A DNA stretch of 64,000 nt from contig CM060733.1 in the NCBI GenBank assembly GCA_030704615.1, forward strand, positions 17,980,001 to 18,044,000, written 5' to 3'. The notes below the pieces were generated by a model, which was not told where the DNA came from, ran no database searches, and saw only the letters and a list, made by a program, of their open reading frames with translations. Positions 62,446-64,000 of this stretch are shown here, piece after piece (positions within the stretch are counted from its first letter, which is position 1; each line of letters begins with the position of its first letter). A program made the translations under genes and the position numbers. This DNA is from Takakia lepidozioides. Taxonomy: Eukaryota; Plantae; Bryophyta.

Positions 62446-64000
62446 AACAAAATCATCGGTAGGTTCAAGTGTAGAAACGAATTTAATCCCAGTAATAGTT
62501 TGCGGCGATCCCTGCGAGAAACTTTGATCGCAGGCATACACTCCTGACAGGTAAAAACTAAGACCATACAATCCTACCAGCAGACTGGACAAAAAAACTG
62601 AGAGAGACAGAGAGAGACAGAGAGCTAATCTGTAAGCTGCAGTACCTCGCAAACTGTAGAATATATGCAACACAACACAACATGCGCAGGTGTGCTCGAA
62701 GATCTGGCAAATACCAGAGCGCACAAACGGACTGGCATGAAGTAGTTTTTTACTTTCATCGCTGTATTACCACACGGAGCCATCAGATCGGCCACCGCAG
62801 GCACCTTCAAAGCCGTCCCCAAATGATCACGGAAATTTCCGTAGCGAGGAAAGCGAGTCTTTCATATATTCCTTAGACGATCACAGTGAAGGGCTCATTG
62901 TTCCACGTCCCCAGCATGATGCCGACTTACATTACTGGGTCGAAAAGCTAGAGTGTATGCGAATGACAAAAACCTCAGAACATGACGGAACTTTCAAGAT
63001 CATTCGGACGCGTGGAGTGGGGGACCAAAGGCCCGGTGTTTATACTGAGCATTGTGCAGAGTGATCGATTTACCTCTTCTAACCCGCGTTGAAGCATGGC
63101 GCCGTCCTCGGCGGTTGTCTCCTTCAAGCTCATTGGCTCCTGCGGACAATTACGCGATATCGCATGAGACAATCAATCCTGGAATTCGAAGATATCACAA
63201 AGTGGTCTGTTCAACAGCAGAAGCCGCTCATGCCCATGCGACTCCAGTTGAGATTAGGCAACGTAAATATCAAGAATAGTACGGTTTCACCAACTGTCTC
63301 TACAGCCGAGCTCGAGAGACGAAGAAATGCATAGTTTTAGTCCAGTTTCTTGAGCAAATATGCCCACTGATTGGTGACTTACGGGGACGAGAAGCTAGGC
63401 GGGATAAAAGAGGTCTTGCCACGCCACAGCCACCAGCGGACCGTGGTACGGGACTGCGGAGTTCAACAGGCATGCAGAAACAAACGGAGAAAAGCTCACA
63501 ATTTCTTCTTGACTCAAGAAACCGACAAGAAAGAGAATTACGGGACAGAAGCAGTGGTTTAAAAAACTCACAGGTATCCACTCCTCAGTCTGACGACCCT
63601 TAGCGTCCACTGGAACTGCTGCAGAGACAGCCATGCGATCTGGCTTACCTCATGCAGCGTGCATGACAGCTAGGAGTTCAGGAAGACATCAAAGACGAGA
63701 CTTTTACTGTCCAGCCACATAAATCCGGCGACTTTGGGGAGGACACTAACGGCACAAATTCAGGTCCCTTCCCCTCGCTCATCCAGAGGCACTCTCGGGT
63801 ATTTCGACTCCCCTCCTCGCGAGCGGCGCGAGCTTGCAAATACCATAGCTGCACACCACACCGATGGTTTCAGGTGCCCTTATAGCGCGAGAGAGACGAC
63901 GGGTCACCCTCTGATCCAACGGGCCTTTCCGTCGCCCGGCTCCAGAAGCCGGGCCCACCTCTCTCGAAACATCGGCCTCATCCCATCAGTCCGTTTCTTC

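Noticed and set aside
62446-62724. N-terminal extension of the F-box ORF given in the ORF track
   Set aside because: It runs through a (GA)n tract and intron/UTR-like sequence. The F-box begins right after the Met at 62445.

Overview
Eukaryotic nuclear DNA from a land plant, with GT-AG introns throughout. A non-seed plant such as a bryophyte is inferred from a relic of an unsplit MenF-MenD PHYLLO fusion and from a Dualen/RandI-type LINE. Four apparently intact genes were assembled by hand: an L-cysteine desulfhydrase-like PLP enzyme (27522-29647 +), a COMT-family O-methyltransferase (48817-50175 -), a bifunctional dehydroquinate dehydratase/shikimate dehydrogenase (53251-58631 -) and an F-box/LRR protein (60523-62445 -). 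The rest is rearranged duplications and transposon remains. These include two broken copies of a secreted Expp1-like gene (one split by an inversion, one carrying a 4.7 kb APE-RT LINE), a PHYLLO relic, an SDH exon relic, Copia/Gypsy/L1 remnants, hAT and Tc1/mariner MITEs with clean TSDs, a tRNA-derived SINE and a 3.3 kb higher-order tandem repeat. Two candidates stand out. (1) A TSD-bounded non-LTR retrotransposon (41973-45391 -) whose degenerate ORF carries chromodomain, N6-adenine-methyltransferase-like (HPPY), RNase H, CCHC and restriction-like endonuclease motifs, with a structured 3' end. (2) A DQD/SDH with the quinate-type Ser-to-Gly substitution and no evident transit peptide, lying next to a divergent OMT, with traces of earlier duplication: a possible specialised-phenolic gene pair. 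Family assignments come from recalled motifs, not database searches.
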